Positions 1-13,824 of a stretch of DNA of 64,000 bases are shown here, in pieces. The position numbers and the translations under genes were made by a program. Origin of the DNA: Trichinella spiralis (lineage: Eukaryota); NCBI RefSeq assembly GCF_000181795.1, contig NW_003526943.1:4119228-4183227 (forward strand), in the 5' to 3' direction. Every line of letters begins with the position of its first letter. The stretch's first letter is position 1. The notes under the pieces were generated by a model. That model saw nothing but the letters and a program-made list of their open reading frames with translations. It was not told where the DNA came from and made no database searches.

Positions 1-3000
1 ATTCTTACTGCTTTGGATGCAATCTGACCAGATGATCAGTGGACAACAACAAGTCGACGAAATAATAACAATACCAATGCCCACACGGGGTCTGATCATC
101 CAGAAAATGCAGCTGTTCTAATGTGAGCTTTCAGTCTGTCTGCTTTGCCTACTAATGCTCCCCGCCCATCTTCACGTCAGGCACATCTCCGTTTATTATA
201 AGGTAAAATCAATATTGTTGGAAATGTCAAATTATAACCAATTGAAATCAGCTAGTCTAATTTTAACATTGAGCAAAATGGATAATAATATACCTGATTT
301 TCAGAGTGAAAAAAAATACTCATTGCAATTGTCGAGTTCCACATGAGGTAACTGGTATGCTTTAGTTGTTGTTCAATTTTGGGTGTGACGGAGCTTGGAC
401 AACTTAATCAAAGTACAATGCACGGTCAAATCGCTTCTCAAGGTGACCTAGTAGCCAATTGTCCACAACAAGCAACCGTGGTAATGAAATGTCGAGGAAG
501 AAGAACCGGCCTGTATTCGCTGTTTGTACATTGAATTTGGCCACTTTTCTAGAAACTCGTCCACTAAAAGCGACAATTCATGCAGTTAGTAGTAAACTAA
601 AGCAGAAGTGCCGCCGCCCCAAACACATCGCCTTAGTAGCAACTACTCGACGTCTCGAAACGTCTCGAAAGCACAACGACGATGCAAAAAATGCAGCATC
701 ATCATCATTACCACTACCACAAGCAGCAGCAGCAACAACAACAACAACAACGTAAATAAATGACATCCAACTGACTAACAGTTTATGACAAGAACAACTG
801 CAATTGAGCAATTAGCTTGCAACCGCTGTCCACATGTGCTTTCACGGGTCATTGAAAATGTGCCTCAGCCTATGTTATGGCATTCAACTTTTATTTTAAT
901 GCGCACGTTTTATTTTTCCTATTATTCTTATTTCTTATAAAATTTCACATTTAGCAGTTTCATTTATTGACTTTAACCATTTTTCTTTGACAAATATATT
1001 AAAATTCATTTCCTGATTGATAATTCATCATCATAAGCATTTGATGCTAAAGATGAATCTGTGCGATTTTTCATTATATTTCGTTTAATCAATTTTATAA
1101 ATTATTTTTTATTTAGTTTTAAAGGAGAAGTAACTTTAAAAAAATTCCAATGTATAATCATAAAATTTCTTGTTTTAATTTTTACGAAGCTTTCTTTGAA
1201 AGAATTTAACTGCCGACGGCAGTGATAATTGATTTTTCACTTTACAGAAGGTCGTTTCGTTTGAGACTGTTCTTATCAAGATAAACCTATTTAATGCTAA
1301 ACAAAATGGTTTTTTCAACCTCTTCTTGCACTATTTTAAATAAATTTTGATTTGTTTTTCTTAAAATCAAGCGACTTTGAATTCAAAGGCAAAACCCCCT
1401 TTCAAATTATTGATGCACACGTTATTTGCTGACTATCTTAATTCCGATTGGATTATAGTTTTATTCTTTAATGATGAATGAAATGTATCGGTTGGACAAT
1501 TCTTATAATTGCGCTTGATGAATTAATAATATCTGAGCACGAACGTTTAATTTACACTGAAAATAAAGGTACTGTAGATGGTTTTGTTCGTCATGGATTT
1601 ACACCTTGGGCAAAAAGACTAGTCAACTATCAAATATTGTAATTTTTATCCATACGTAATATACAAAATTAATTATATTTAACAATTGCAATCAATTACA
1701 TTTATTCATTGCAAAAGTAACTAGTTCAATGTGAAACGCTTAATTACAAATTAATCAATTTGTACACTGTCATTCAATTGGGAGGTGAAAGCTTTGTATG
1801 AAAAAAGCCAGCTGGTGTATAGGGATAGCATAGGATACGTGTTTCATTGATTTTTTGGGTAATTATTATTACGGTTTACATAACAATAGGCAAGAAAGCT
1901 TTATTGTACAAAAAGCGCAACTACACTCCAAAGCAAAGTCAAATGCACTTCAATTATCACAACAGAATTGATAGAAGTTATTGCACTTTTCAAACAGCAT
2001 CGGTTCAATGCCAAAATAATATTACTTCAACATTACTGTTTATTATTGTTGCATATGAAAACGAATAAACTGAAGCATGATGCTTTTGTGAAATGCTATA
2101 CTTTTAAATCTACATTTTTGCATGTTGATGATTGCCCTTGAAATTAACACTTCCTGCACTTCCAGTTTATTAACTGCTTAATACATACTTTATGCAAGAA
2201 GTTTCTTTAAGCTTACTATAATTTAAGCATTTAGCAAATTTTGCACAGGCAATTGTCCTTGATAAAGATTCCAGGAAAATGAGCATTTGTTATTGCAAAA
2301 ACCGGACGCAATAGTCTATGATTATCAAAGCTCAGCATGGCATGATAATTATCAACCATAACAGCAGACCATCATTAAAATGCAAGCTATTCTACCAAAC
2401 TTTATTTCATTCACAGAAAATATTTTATCCATACATTCATTTATCAAACAGCTGAAAAATCGAGAATAAAAATGAATTGCATAATTTTACACCATGCAGG
2501 TTTTAAATCATCAAAAAATACAACACATGAATATAAATTTCCAACAAACAATTGTATAACAAACGTAATTTTAGTTTATGTAGAGGGTTGTATTGCTCAC
2601 AATCTGCAAATGTTTGATAAATGTATATAAAATTTATTTCATTTCATCAAACAGTCTTTTAAAGTAGCTATACACTCTCAATGTGCATTTCTGCTTTAAA
2701 AGCACTTCTCAACTTTAAAGTGAAAGCATCAGTAAAGAAAACCCATAATTATAAAATATAGTTAAATTTGGTGTATGGTAATCTAGTCAATGTAATAGTG
2801 AGTAATTTGAAGAGTATATTTTATTAATGGATTGTTACATACAGAAAACTCATAAAAATTCTTATTCATCGATCAGTTGCTGTACAAGTAAAAGTTTGTT
2901 ATTACCTTCTCACTGAAATTTCAAACTTTCTTTTACACGATGAATAATAACACTTATTTAACTATAAATATTTAAACTGTAATTTTGGACTATTTTAAGT

Positions 3001-6000
3001 AGAAATCAATCCTTTTTAAAAAATGCATAAAAGTTTAGCCAAGTAAAGCAGTTGAATAAAATGAAAAGGCTTTAAAAAATTTTAAATACATAATTATGCA
3101 AGTAAACGAAAAATATTCATGATTTACTCATGGCCTGCTGAGAACGTCTGTGAAGTGTCATTGTAAGAATATCATTGCTTTAAATATTGATCTTTTTATC
3201 ACTTTTGAATTCAAGCAATCATTATTGATTTTCAACATCAGAACACGTCTGTATAATACAAAATGGTCAGGAAATAAGAATTACACTTGAGCATAATCTG
3301 TACAAATTGGATTAAACTTTCTCAGAATATAAAAAATCATGGAGAAATTTTAAAAATCGCAAAATTGGTTATTGATATTAATTTTCAAAATAAACCCAAA
3401 CAGTACTCAACTTGATTAAATAAATCATTCTGAAATGTCACATATTTAATATTTAATAAGTTTAAAGTGATTTATGCAATGACTATGCTTATAAAATGTA
3501 ACTTTTAATAAATTATAATTACTGGTACTAAGCTTTTAAAAATAATAATAATTTTCATATGAAAAATTTAATTCAACATAAGTGCTTAATCCCAAAATTA
3601 TAAATCATATACACTGTCAACTGCTTTTTACCAAAGAATCAAATTTAGAATAAATGCTGCCGCCATTTAAAAAAATGATTGCATTCGCTGCTTTTGTTCT
3701 GTTTAAGTATTCTAAAAATGGTTGTGTCATTATTTAAAAAACATATTAAAATGTAACAAAGCATTTTAAAAAGTTATATAATTGCATATTACAAAAATTA
3801 TACAGTTTGATTATTAATTATATCTATAAGTTAACAATTGCTTAAAAAATGAACACTAATTTTTAAATATAAGATCATGACTTTCTTTAATTACAATTCA
3901 ATGTTGCATTTAATTGAAGTAGCCTTCGTTGAAAAAAAATAAGCAACGTTTTCCATTAAAATAAAAAAGGCTTTTTTAAGAACAAATTAATCCATATATT
4001 AAATAAGTCAAAACAAGACTGACAAAGGGCTTTGGATGATTTTACATGATGCTTCATTTGATGCAAGATGGTTCACAGTAAAGCATTAAACATTTCTGAG
4101 TAGTCCTGGCCTTCCCATATTGATTCGCAATTCAAAACTTCGATCTGCACTGACGTGCACCCAGTATAGTTGTCAATTAAACACTAAAACGTGGAATGTG
4201 AAGAAAAGAAAATGAATAAAATTGTACTTTGTTTAGCAGAGAAATACAACCATTAGCGTAGCTGAACTGAACATTTTGTCTGTTCTCAACTGAGTATTGA
4301 ACAGTTTCAGTAAAGATTTCAAATTTTTAAAGCATTCTTTTAGATGGAAGAAATTCAAATAAGTAATTATTTAATGCTTTGCAAATTAAAGCAACCAATA
4401 TACTTTGTGAAACAAAATTGTTGAATTTCCAAATCCTTAAACATATTTTATGTCAAGTGCTAAATGCTTGATAAAATCTGCTAGAACATTATTTGAATTC
4501 TTGTATTAGATAGCAAGGAAATGCAAAATAAGTTTTGTAACATTTATTCACTTTGTATAAGTCCAGAACACTTTAAAGCTTTCAGAGTTCATGAAATTCA
4601 AATGTAACTAACAGCATAAACTTTCAATAAAGTGATAAGTGAAAAGTTCAATGTAAAATTTAGCAAAATTAAAAATATTTGTATATAAAATAATATTATA
4701 ATATAAAACAGTAATAAAATGATAATAATAGTGTAGTAATTTTAGTTTCTATGAAAGCATTTCTTAAATGTGTAATTACTAATTTTTAAAAGATGATGAA
4801 TTTGAAGGTCATAAATTAGCCTTTTCATTGAGCAATTAACATCAACAATAGTTCATGAAATGAATTTTAAAATATGAAAGTCGCCTATCTAGAAATTAAT
4901 TTTATTTATAGCACTGTTTACTTAATAAAGAATAAAAATTGCAAAATTAAAACGAGTAATGTATTATTTTGACCTAATACTTGGAACCGTACTTTAACTT
5001 AAAAGAGAACTTATGTGCAACTACTGTATTACAAGAAAAGTGATCTTATGAAAGTATTTCGCTTTGTGTTGTACAAAGCATTGTCATAAATGTAATGTTA
5101 AATAATATCTTACCCAAAGCAGGAACAGTGGTCGAGAAGGGATTAGATAAATTTCAAGCGGTATCACAGCCAGCAGTTCTTTAGTAGATATAATTTGCAT
5201 TCAGTAACAAAATCAACTGTCTTAAACAATCTTAGCTAATAACCATGCCAAGTATGAATGTGAATAATCAATGTGTGGTCAGCTGTTGGTCAGAAAGAAA
5301 GCCTTTATATTAGCTGGTAACTACCATTTGTTAACGAGCTATACGGATAAGAGGACACTTGCTGTTTGACTTTGCAAACAGAACACAGTCTTTTTGTCTG
5401 TATGTCTGCCCCCTTTGCCCCCATTTTATCCGCATACGTTTGAAGTAAGTAAAAAATTGATTTTTACCGGCCAATCAAAGAAAACTGCCGTTGACATTTG
5501 GTAAGAGGTATATTGCTGACTTGGGTTTATTTAGTTTTGACAACGGGCGGGAAATTGGCTTCAAGATGAAAATCAGCAGCGAAGCGCAAAATGACCCCTT
5601 CTTAAGGAAAAGCAACCAAAACCAAATGATGGTTGCATTTATCGATCATTAGCCGGCAGATGCAAAAGAAACCCTAACACCCGCTGGACTGAAAATGCTC
5701 AAGGTCAAAGTAAATGAAATTAAAATGACTTTAAAAAAGTGGCAATGCATGGGCATAAAATTTTCTACCATAAAAGAAAATTTTTCATGCAAGCAACAAA
5801 AATGTGAAAAGAGCAGTTTGAAAATCGAATAATATCCTCAGAAAGCTGTTTCTTCCCATTAACCATCTGTACAATGGGGTGCTCATCCCAGATGGAGCAG
5901 TCAACATTTTTCATTGCATAATTTATTTTACATTAGAGCAGTGTTAATTATAAAGTCGCAATACTTCATAACATTTCAGTAAAATGATCGAACATCTCTG

Positions 6001-9000
6001 TCAGTAGTATTCCTAAGCAAATGATGTAGAAGAATCACTTTTGCAGCCCGTTCATGTTTATTTTTATGACTTTTAATATAAAAAAAGAATAAACGCAGTT
6101 CAGTAATTTCTTACATTAATTTATTTGTACTTACAGATCTATGTATTTATGTGTATGTAATTAGAAAGTAACATTAATGAGATGATAATATCATAAAAAC
6201 GACATTTGGGGTAAAATTTACTGCCGGGTTCAAGCTAAAAATAATTGATTTCATGAAGAGAAAAGCAGAGAAACTACTAGAAGATTAAGAAAATTGCAAA
6301 GGAGAAAATAGGATTGAGAATATTGATAAAAATCATGCAATAATTATAAAAGCTCACCTAATTACAGAATGAATTCAATTAATTTGCAATGAGAAACTTA
6401 AAAAAAATAAAACTACATTGTACAAGTAATGTTAAGTCTAAAATTATTTCATTTCTCATGAATGTGGAGCACAAATTTAGACAGAAGTTTTTCATATTCA
6501 TCTTTCAGTTATTTGTTAAATGAATACACTGAATGGTCAAAATGTTCAAGCAAAAACTGACATTGCGCCAAATAAAATTTTGCTTTTGAAAAAAGTTTAT
6601 TTTTAATCAATTCCAAGAGAACAATAAAAACAGATCATATGTACAGTAAAAGAAAACTTTTATTCAAGTAAAACTGACGTTTAAACTGACATTATGCATA
6701 ATGATAAAAAAATTATATATAAATGATATTAAAGTAGAAGTTAGAACACATAATTGAAAGTAAAGATTAAAAGCTGAGTTAGTGTACACTTCAATTTCAT
6801 ACAGAAATTTATTCAAATGTACCATTTCAGAAATTTTATTTATTATGACTACAAGTATTAATTTTTGACAATTTTTGAAAATATAAAAATCACTTATTAT
6901 TTAAGGTAATCTTGTTAATATTTTAGTCTCATCTTTTGGGCACAATTCTATGAATTTGTAAATGTAGCAAATAATTTACCTTATTCATTCGTTGCTTCCA
7001 CTTATCATTTCACTGCTTAGCATTTGCGTGTTACAATATGCTGATTTCTTCTCTTCATCGATGGTGCAAATTAGCATTTGTTAAATTCTACACTTCTAAG
7101 ATATTTCTAAAATGATGTGGTATATCTAATAAGATTAAATTTATTTGCTATTTATGTCTCTTTTGACTCATTTATCAAATTAGCAGCTTGTTGTAAAAGC
7201 AGTGAAGCTAGCTATTATGCTTATTGTTAGACCAGTGCAGAGAGGTACTAGTGATCATATTGAAGCTGGTTTTAGGATGAGCAAGAGAATAGTTACCGGT
7301 ACTGAATGTAAACTAGGCATTATTTTCATTGCTGTCTTTAGCTTGCATTTAACAATGAAGTAATATTTTTTAAATTTTGAGCGGTAGAGCACCCACCACA
7401 ATGCCAGCATTTCCGGCAAATCATACATAGACTATGTGAAAGAAGAAATAAATTTTTGGCAGCTTATAAATTTCTGAGAAAATGTTACTCTTTTAGATTG
7501 AATAAAAAGTGATGAATGCTCTGAAATTGAAAGGAATGACTTACAGTTTGATCGTGAAGAGTTTTGACCGTCTGCATCAAGAATATGGAAATTATCTAAT
7601 TTTGAAGTATCAAAAATGAATCAATCTAATCATCGTTAAATGTTATCAGACTCAAATTATCTGTAGATGTTGCTTTTACTTATAAAGTCTGTGGAAATTT
7701 CGAAATAATGAGTCTGTTCATACAGTTCTGACGACAGAAATCAAAAAAAGAAAAAACTGAGTGGAAAGATACTAATCTTATAAGTCATAAAATTGAAAAA
7801 GTAAGAAAATCAGAATGGTCTGACCTGATATCTGCTACATCATGCATCCTACAAACAAAACAAAGGAAAGAGTTAATTCAATAGACAAAAGACGGCTGAT
7901 TACGTTTTGCCTAGCAGTAACGTTGTACAGCTGTTATCTGCATTTTGGTGTTCAGCTGTATTCTTTGCTATCTTTTAATCTGCTGTATTTCATAATTTTG
8001 TGAAAGAAAGCATATTTATCTGAGAATTATGAATTGGCTAACTTCCAACTATTACTTGACACTGCAAGATGAAAGTCAGTAAGATGCTGTTATGAAATGT
8101 TCAACTGTAATCTGTCCTCTATAAAAGTAATGAAATAGCAGGGAACTCTATGACTAGCAGTGAAATTTTGCATTCAGCTGAACTGATGCTGGACTGCAGT
8201 TTTACTTTACCTAAATGTGGAACTCTGAGTTATTTATTTTCCAAATGTTTTCGTGTAACTCAGACTAACATAAAGCAGACAAGTGCTAAATAGCAAAATG
8301 ATTAAAGTAGAGCGATGTGGATTATGATTTACTTAAAATTAACCAATCAAAAATGATTTTCAGGAAGCCAATAGCGTGATTTTAAACAGAAAAATAATTT
8401 TTATTTTTTATTTTAATATGTATATTTAAAATAAAAGATAAATGTTTACTAATATAATTTATTGTTAATATTATATACAACAAAAAGATTGTTTTTGAAG
8501 ATGAAAAGGATATTTTTCTACATTAAGGTATTTCAGGTTTATTATTAACTTTAATACAGGTTATTACTGTAATAATCTGTTCTGGTCGTTGCTGCTGATC
8601 TTTGGTCTTTGGTCCCACCATCTGAAGTAAGAAATCTGTCGAAGTCAAATGTCTGAATTCTTTGAATCTCTAAAGAAAAACAGAAAAATTCTCCGGTAAA
8701 ATAATTATATATTTTTTAATTTTGTTGACAAGTATTAATTTTCTTGCAATGTTGTACCAGGGAATGTGGTTTACGTCTTAAAAATGCCCATTTATTTGGC
8801 AAATGAACACACAATAAGAACACCTGAGATTTTTGGTAAATTTGGACTCATTGAACGAATTGTAATAAAGCCTATTCCACCGGTTGGTAAAAATCTGATT
8901 CACTTATATAAATGTACGTAATCTTTGCATTCCCTTTGTAGATATTGCAACATATTACAGCCACAGTCTATATGAAGTACCACAATAAAGAAGATGGCAT

Positions 9001-11437
9001 CAAAGCGGTGGCACTGGGCAGCAAAAAATGACCTAGGATGAAAATTAGTTTTGGTGGCATGCGCTACTGTAACGCATTCTTGGACAATATGAGATGCGAA
9101 AATGAAGTATGTGTTATTTCCATATATATCAAAAAATGTCAAGGTATTATGTTAATAAATTATAGTCATTATTTTCAGAAATGAATATTATTATTTGGTT
9201 TCTTTTGTCTTGAAATATCAAATTGATATATCACGTTTCTACTTTATGTCATATAAGGTAATTGTTCCAGTTACTCTTAAATTTAATCAAAATTATAATT
9301 TTAATTTAAATCTTCTTAAAAGTCAAAATTTAACTGTTCTGTTTAATTGTCAGTGAATTGTGCTTTTAACTGCTGAAGATTTGTTAAACTAAGATTAAAT
9401 GTTGTAAAACACTAATTTTGAATTGGAAATTACTAGACAAGTTAGTAAACTGTTCTATATTTGTATTAGGACAACTTGAAGCAGAATTTAATTTAGTATT
9501 CCAATCAGCGATGCGCTGTCAATCATAGGTATCGTAGGTGCATTTTGCAAATTGAATAGGTGATGTCTTGATTCTTTTCAAATGTAGTTTATTAGAGGAT
9601 GAGGATCATGGAGAGGAGTGTATATATTGGATGGTAATGCTAACATATGCTTATAAATATTTACAAGTTATCAAAAATTGCAAACCTTCAGCCTTTTAGT
9701 TGATTCACAAGCTGAATATTAGTCGAAAAAACAAGAAATATATACTGAATATGTCAAGAATAAAAATAAGAAGTACCTAATCACTTGTCTAATTTAAGAA
9801 ATTACAAAATGATGTACCATGTGTGCTGCTGCGAGCAGTTCATTTCAGAATCAGGAACCAAACAATTCGGACAGTTTAGATAACTTAAAATGACATTGAA
9901 TGATATTTTTACTCACCAAGAATGAATCGAAATGTACCCGTTTAATGAACCTAGAATTATTACAGAACAAGCCTTATGTGGTAGCTGATTCATTGAAAAC
10001 TCATTAAAAAATGATTCAACTCATTGAAAAAGTCATGCATATCATGCAGAAATGTTTTGACGACTAATATGGTTTCATAAATACAGCAGTTTCATTTGAA
10101 ATAAGAGCAAAATTTAATGATAAACTGCAGACATTCATTAGTGATGATATAAATGGCAAGGACATGCTAATTTTTTAAATCACAAGATTTTATAATTAAA
10201 AAACTTTTTAGTGTTTAGAAATTAATTAGAAAAAAGTTTGAAAAAATCAAAAAATTAAATCAAACTGTGAAATTGTTAGCGTGAGTTGAAAAGAGGAAGC
10301 ATTGGGTAATCTGAGCTCTCAGAACAAATAAGAAAATGTTTAAGAATTGTAAAATTGTTAACAGATGATTAAAAGACAGAAGATTACGATGTATTGAAAG
10401 ACAGAAGATTAAAAATAAAGCAGAACATTGGAAGTGACAGAATTGCTCAATAGTCACAGTAAAATTCCTACTGTGAACACTAAGTTCAGCCTACCAAAAA
10501 ATTGATGCTGCTTAATTACCGTCTCTCAGATGGTAGCATATTAAAAATTTATTTGTATTTTGAATTGAAATTCTAGAATAGTGCCTCTAAATGCGGTCAG
10601 TATAATTTTATGCGTGTTATACTAAAATTCAGCTTGACTTTTAATAGCATTCACAACACTGCTGTTTTATCTGGCTCTGCAAATACAAATCTGCTTTTTG
10701 CCAGATCTGAATTAATTATACAAAGGTATTCTGTAAGCAGCAGTTGCTACATGAAATGGCAATAGTAAATTTTATCATCAAAGAGCACTACTGAATAGGC
10801 ATGATGCTAAATATCTAAGTTCACAACTCACGCTTTTCATATTTATCTTCATCACAAGCATGGATATTTTCTTTTGTAACTTATGTCTGCATGTTAGCGC
10901 CTGTGGTTATTGTTTTCTGTCCAAGAAAAACGTTAAAAATTATAGTTTGAAAATAAAATCATCATTCCATCAATTTCCATCCATCATTCATCCATACTGA
11001 CATCAGTCTGATATAACAAATAATATAAGCAATATAATCAGCTGAGTGTTTATTTCACTTAAGATATGGTAGCACTTCGAAACTGCTGTTTCAGTCTGAA
11101 AAGCTCAATTTGCGTCTGTTTTATGCACACTGCAATATATAGCTTATTCCTTTAAGATTCTTAAATACAAATTATTTTTGTGATTAAAGTTGAAAATTTA
11201 TGCTCATATTGACTTTCTTTCCCTCTGAGAAAGCGGTATGCTAATATAAAGTGTTAGATGAACTTTATTGAAATGGATTTTTATAAATGAATTTTAACTA
11301 ATAAGAAGAATCATGGAATTCCATAAACATTTCTACTAACAACAATTTTAAATTTATGTGGAACAAGAATAACAAGCATTTCAACTAATTCAGTTACAGT
11401 TTTTAAACAGGTTTAATCAGATTGATAAGTTCAGTAG

Positions 11438-11845
11438 TGTAACAGATGCCCAAGTGCTCAGTACCGTACAGTAAGAATTGTTAAATATCATCTATGCCAG
11501 GCACGGCAGAAAAAGAGCCGTCAGTCAATCAATCCAATCAGTAGAAAGAGTGGCGACCAATCGGTAGAAAGAGTGGCGTAACTCCTGATAATCAGAAAGG
11601 CTACGGTAGGTTGTGGAGAGTAGGGGTTCGTACGTGATGCTCGTTTGGTGATCGACAGCAGTGGTGTCGGTGGCATGTTTTAATAAGCACTTTAAGCGGT
11701 TTTGTTGTGTCTGCTTCTCTTTATTATCCTGAATGTCTTCGTTGAAGCGGGAAGGAGGTCGCACGATCAACACGGATTGCAGTGACCAGGGGGACAGTAC
11801 TGAGGTAGAGGTATATCCGCCAGCTTCTGCAGAAAATCCGTTACA
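11438..11845. mobile_element. Solo LTR of an LTR retrotransposon (408 bp)
   Basis: Termini TGTAAC...GTTACA (perfect 6-bp inverted, TG...CA), flanked by a 5-bp direct repeat AGTAG (11433-11437 and 11846-11850). GC-richer than flanks; internal near-tandem duplication CCAATCRGTAGAAAGAGTGGCG at ~11534-11578. Confidence 0.85.
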
Positions 11846-12690
11846 AGTAGTTCTTTTCATGTAAAATATTTTATTTTAAAGTTCTATGATTATAATCGTG
11901 ATATTAACAGAAAAAAGACAAAATTATAATAGCATATGCATGTTATTAGTAATATACAACTGGAATTGTTTGCATTGTATTCACTTTTGAAAAGCTGCCG
12001 ATGTTTCATCACAGATGACCAGTTAAAATAAAATCGACTCGTCGACAAACACAAACACCGATGTTGAAATTATTCGCTGAAAATTTATTTAATAAGGAAA
12101 AGCTGTTTTTCTGAAAGCTATCTTTAGAATCTGTCATAGTGGAAGCAACAGCTGCGTTTGCTGTGGAGATGAAAAATTCATTTTCTTCAAATATTCTTGC
12201 TTTGAAATTCACAAATTATGCCAATCCGACAAAATGCATTTGGAAAATTGAACGCATCATTTGAAAATGTTGCTAAAAATAAGACATGCAGAAAAAGTTA
12301 TTTTATTTCATAATGTGGCTTCTTTTATAAGCGCCAGTGAGAATGTGTTGAGTTGTTAAATTTCGGTCGCCAGATCAATTTCCACCGCAATTATTCACTC
12401 GCTTTCTGCATTTATTGACGTGCTCATCATTGATGACAACAAGAGAAAAAATGAACACATTGTTCAGCAAACTTTATGCAACAAATCACCAACTAGAGCC
12501 AATAACAAAGAAAAAAAAACAATGAACTATTCTTAGTTGTTGTTTTAAGCAACCATTTTAATTATTTAAAATTCTACAAATAAAGATTGAAAAAAACAAA
12601 AATTCTATAAACTATTTTAGAAAAAAACAAAAGAATAAACTGATAGCGAAATGAAAGTTTTGTTTGCTCGTTTCTGTGTTCATCAGTGCT

Positions 12691-13824
12691 TCAATTGCCA
12701 CCGGTCAGTCGACGACGCCAGGCTTGGGATACGGCTCCCGAAGCAGTTGGAGCTTTTTCATAAATTTCCACAAACTGCTCACCACGCCAAATCAGACTAG
12801 CTTTCATGTTTTCGTCGTTACGTCGCATAAAAGCGACAATTTTGCTCAGCAAATCGTACACTTTGCTCAACGCAGCGTACGGTAATGGTTTAAGCAGTCG
12901 GTTGACGTCGGTCGGCTTGTACATCACGGGTTTTTTGAAATTGTTCTGCTCAGTCATCCAGCCAACCACGACCGCGCTGGAACCGGCGAAAAACAGCAAC
13001 GGCCAAGTAAACGCCGGAAAGCCTCGACCGTCCGGATAGGTGGTCACGTTCACCGACGGCGAACAGTTGCTGCTAGTGTTGGTGCTTTTGCTTCTGATAT
13101 GCTTGAGCCGTTGCTGGGGGTCGTCGACTGGAGACGGTTCCTGAATAGCGGTCGACTGGGCTTCGTCCTGCTCCAGAAGTTGCCGTTCAAGCTCTTCAAC
13201 CGTGTAGTCGACGCAGTCGACCTCGTAACGCACCAACATCCTCAGGTCGCCGAAACTGTAAGCCACAATGCGCTGATGGCTGCCGGCCAAAGTTGGGTGC
13301 ACAGGCTGCGTGCAAGCCGCCTTCAGCGATTGGTCGTGGCTTGGGAAGTCGATCTGGATCACATCCTGCGCTTCCACACGACAAGCTAAAACCGCGTCGC
13401 CCACTCGTTCCAAATCGATGCGGAAAAAGCCGCTGCTCTCTTCGCCTTTGCAAAACGTGAACAACTTTTGCAAGTTGATACAGTCGGTGACTAAGTCGAA
13501 CGCCCCGGGGTCGAACCGACTCTCTGAGCAGATTTCCAAAGCGTCGAACAGCGGATCCATTGGACCATCCGGCAGGCGAACATGATTGATATCGTAGATC
13601 AGCTGACCGCTGTCCTCTTGGAGACGACCGCCGGGCCATGTGACATACCGTTTGGGAGCACCGGGCACGTAGATCTTCGACGATGGTTCATCTTGCCAGT
13701 TGTACGATGCGACAATGTGGAGGTGTTTCAGCGTGGTTGGACCGCCTTTGCCGGTCAAACTTGCCAACGGGATAATGCCGAATGGTTCCACACGAAGATT
13801 TTCAAACAACCACAGCAACGACAT
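12691..13824 (-). CDS. Intronless 377-aa protein of a RAI1/DXO-like PD-(D/E)XK-fold family (fungal members often auto-annotated 'geranylgeranyl pyrophosphate synthetase'); catalytic motifs degenerate
   Basis: Long GC-rich single ORF with ordered motifs ASYNW, IYVPGAP, LQEDSG, FDLVTDCINLQKL, FRIDLERVG, SHQRIVAYSFGDLRMLVRYEVD and TWPLLFFAGSSAVVVGW. Coding status is strongly supported; the family assignment is from motif recall. Confidence 0.75.
   Translation of the reverse strand: MSLLWLFENLRVEPFGIIPLASLTGKGGPTTLKHLHIVASYNWQDEPSSKIYVPGAPKRYVTWPGGRLQEDSGQLIYDINHVRLPDGPMDPLFDALEICSESRFDPGAFDLVTDCINLQKLFTFCKGEESSGFFRIDLERVGDAVLACRVEAQDVIQIDFPSHDQSLKAACTQPVHPTLAGSHQRIVAYSFGDLRMLVRYEVDCVDYTVEELERQLLEQDEAQSTAIQEPSPVDDPQQRLKHIRSKSTNTSSNCSPSVNVTTYPDGRGFPAFTWPLLFFAGSSAVVVGWMTEQNNFKKPVMYKPTDVNRLLKPLPYAALSKVYDLLSKIVAFMRRNDENMKASLIWRGEQFVEIYEKAPTASGAVSQAWRRRLTGGN

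Noticed and set aside
459..811. Short ORFs on both strands with poly-Ala/Thr/Val
   Set aside because: Produced by CAA/GCA trinucleotide runs; no recognisable homology.
1270..1285. TTCTTATCAAGATAAA (inverted GATA pair), repeated exactly at 59442-59457
   Set aside because: An AT-rich 16-mer match is plausible by chance in 64 kb, and the flanks do not extend the match.
11525..11860. 111-aa minus-strand ORF
   Set aside because: Lies almost wholly within the solo LTR; no protein motifs.
12691..13824. Prenyltransferase (GGPP synthase) function
   Set aside because: No DDxxD motifs; the label on related fungal proteins looks like propagated annotation.
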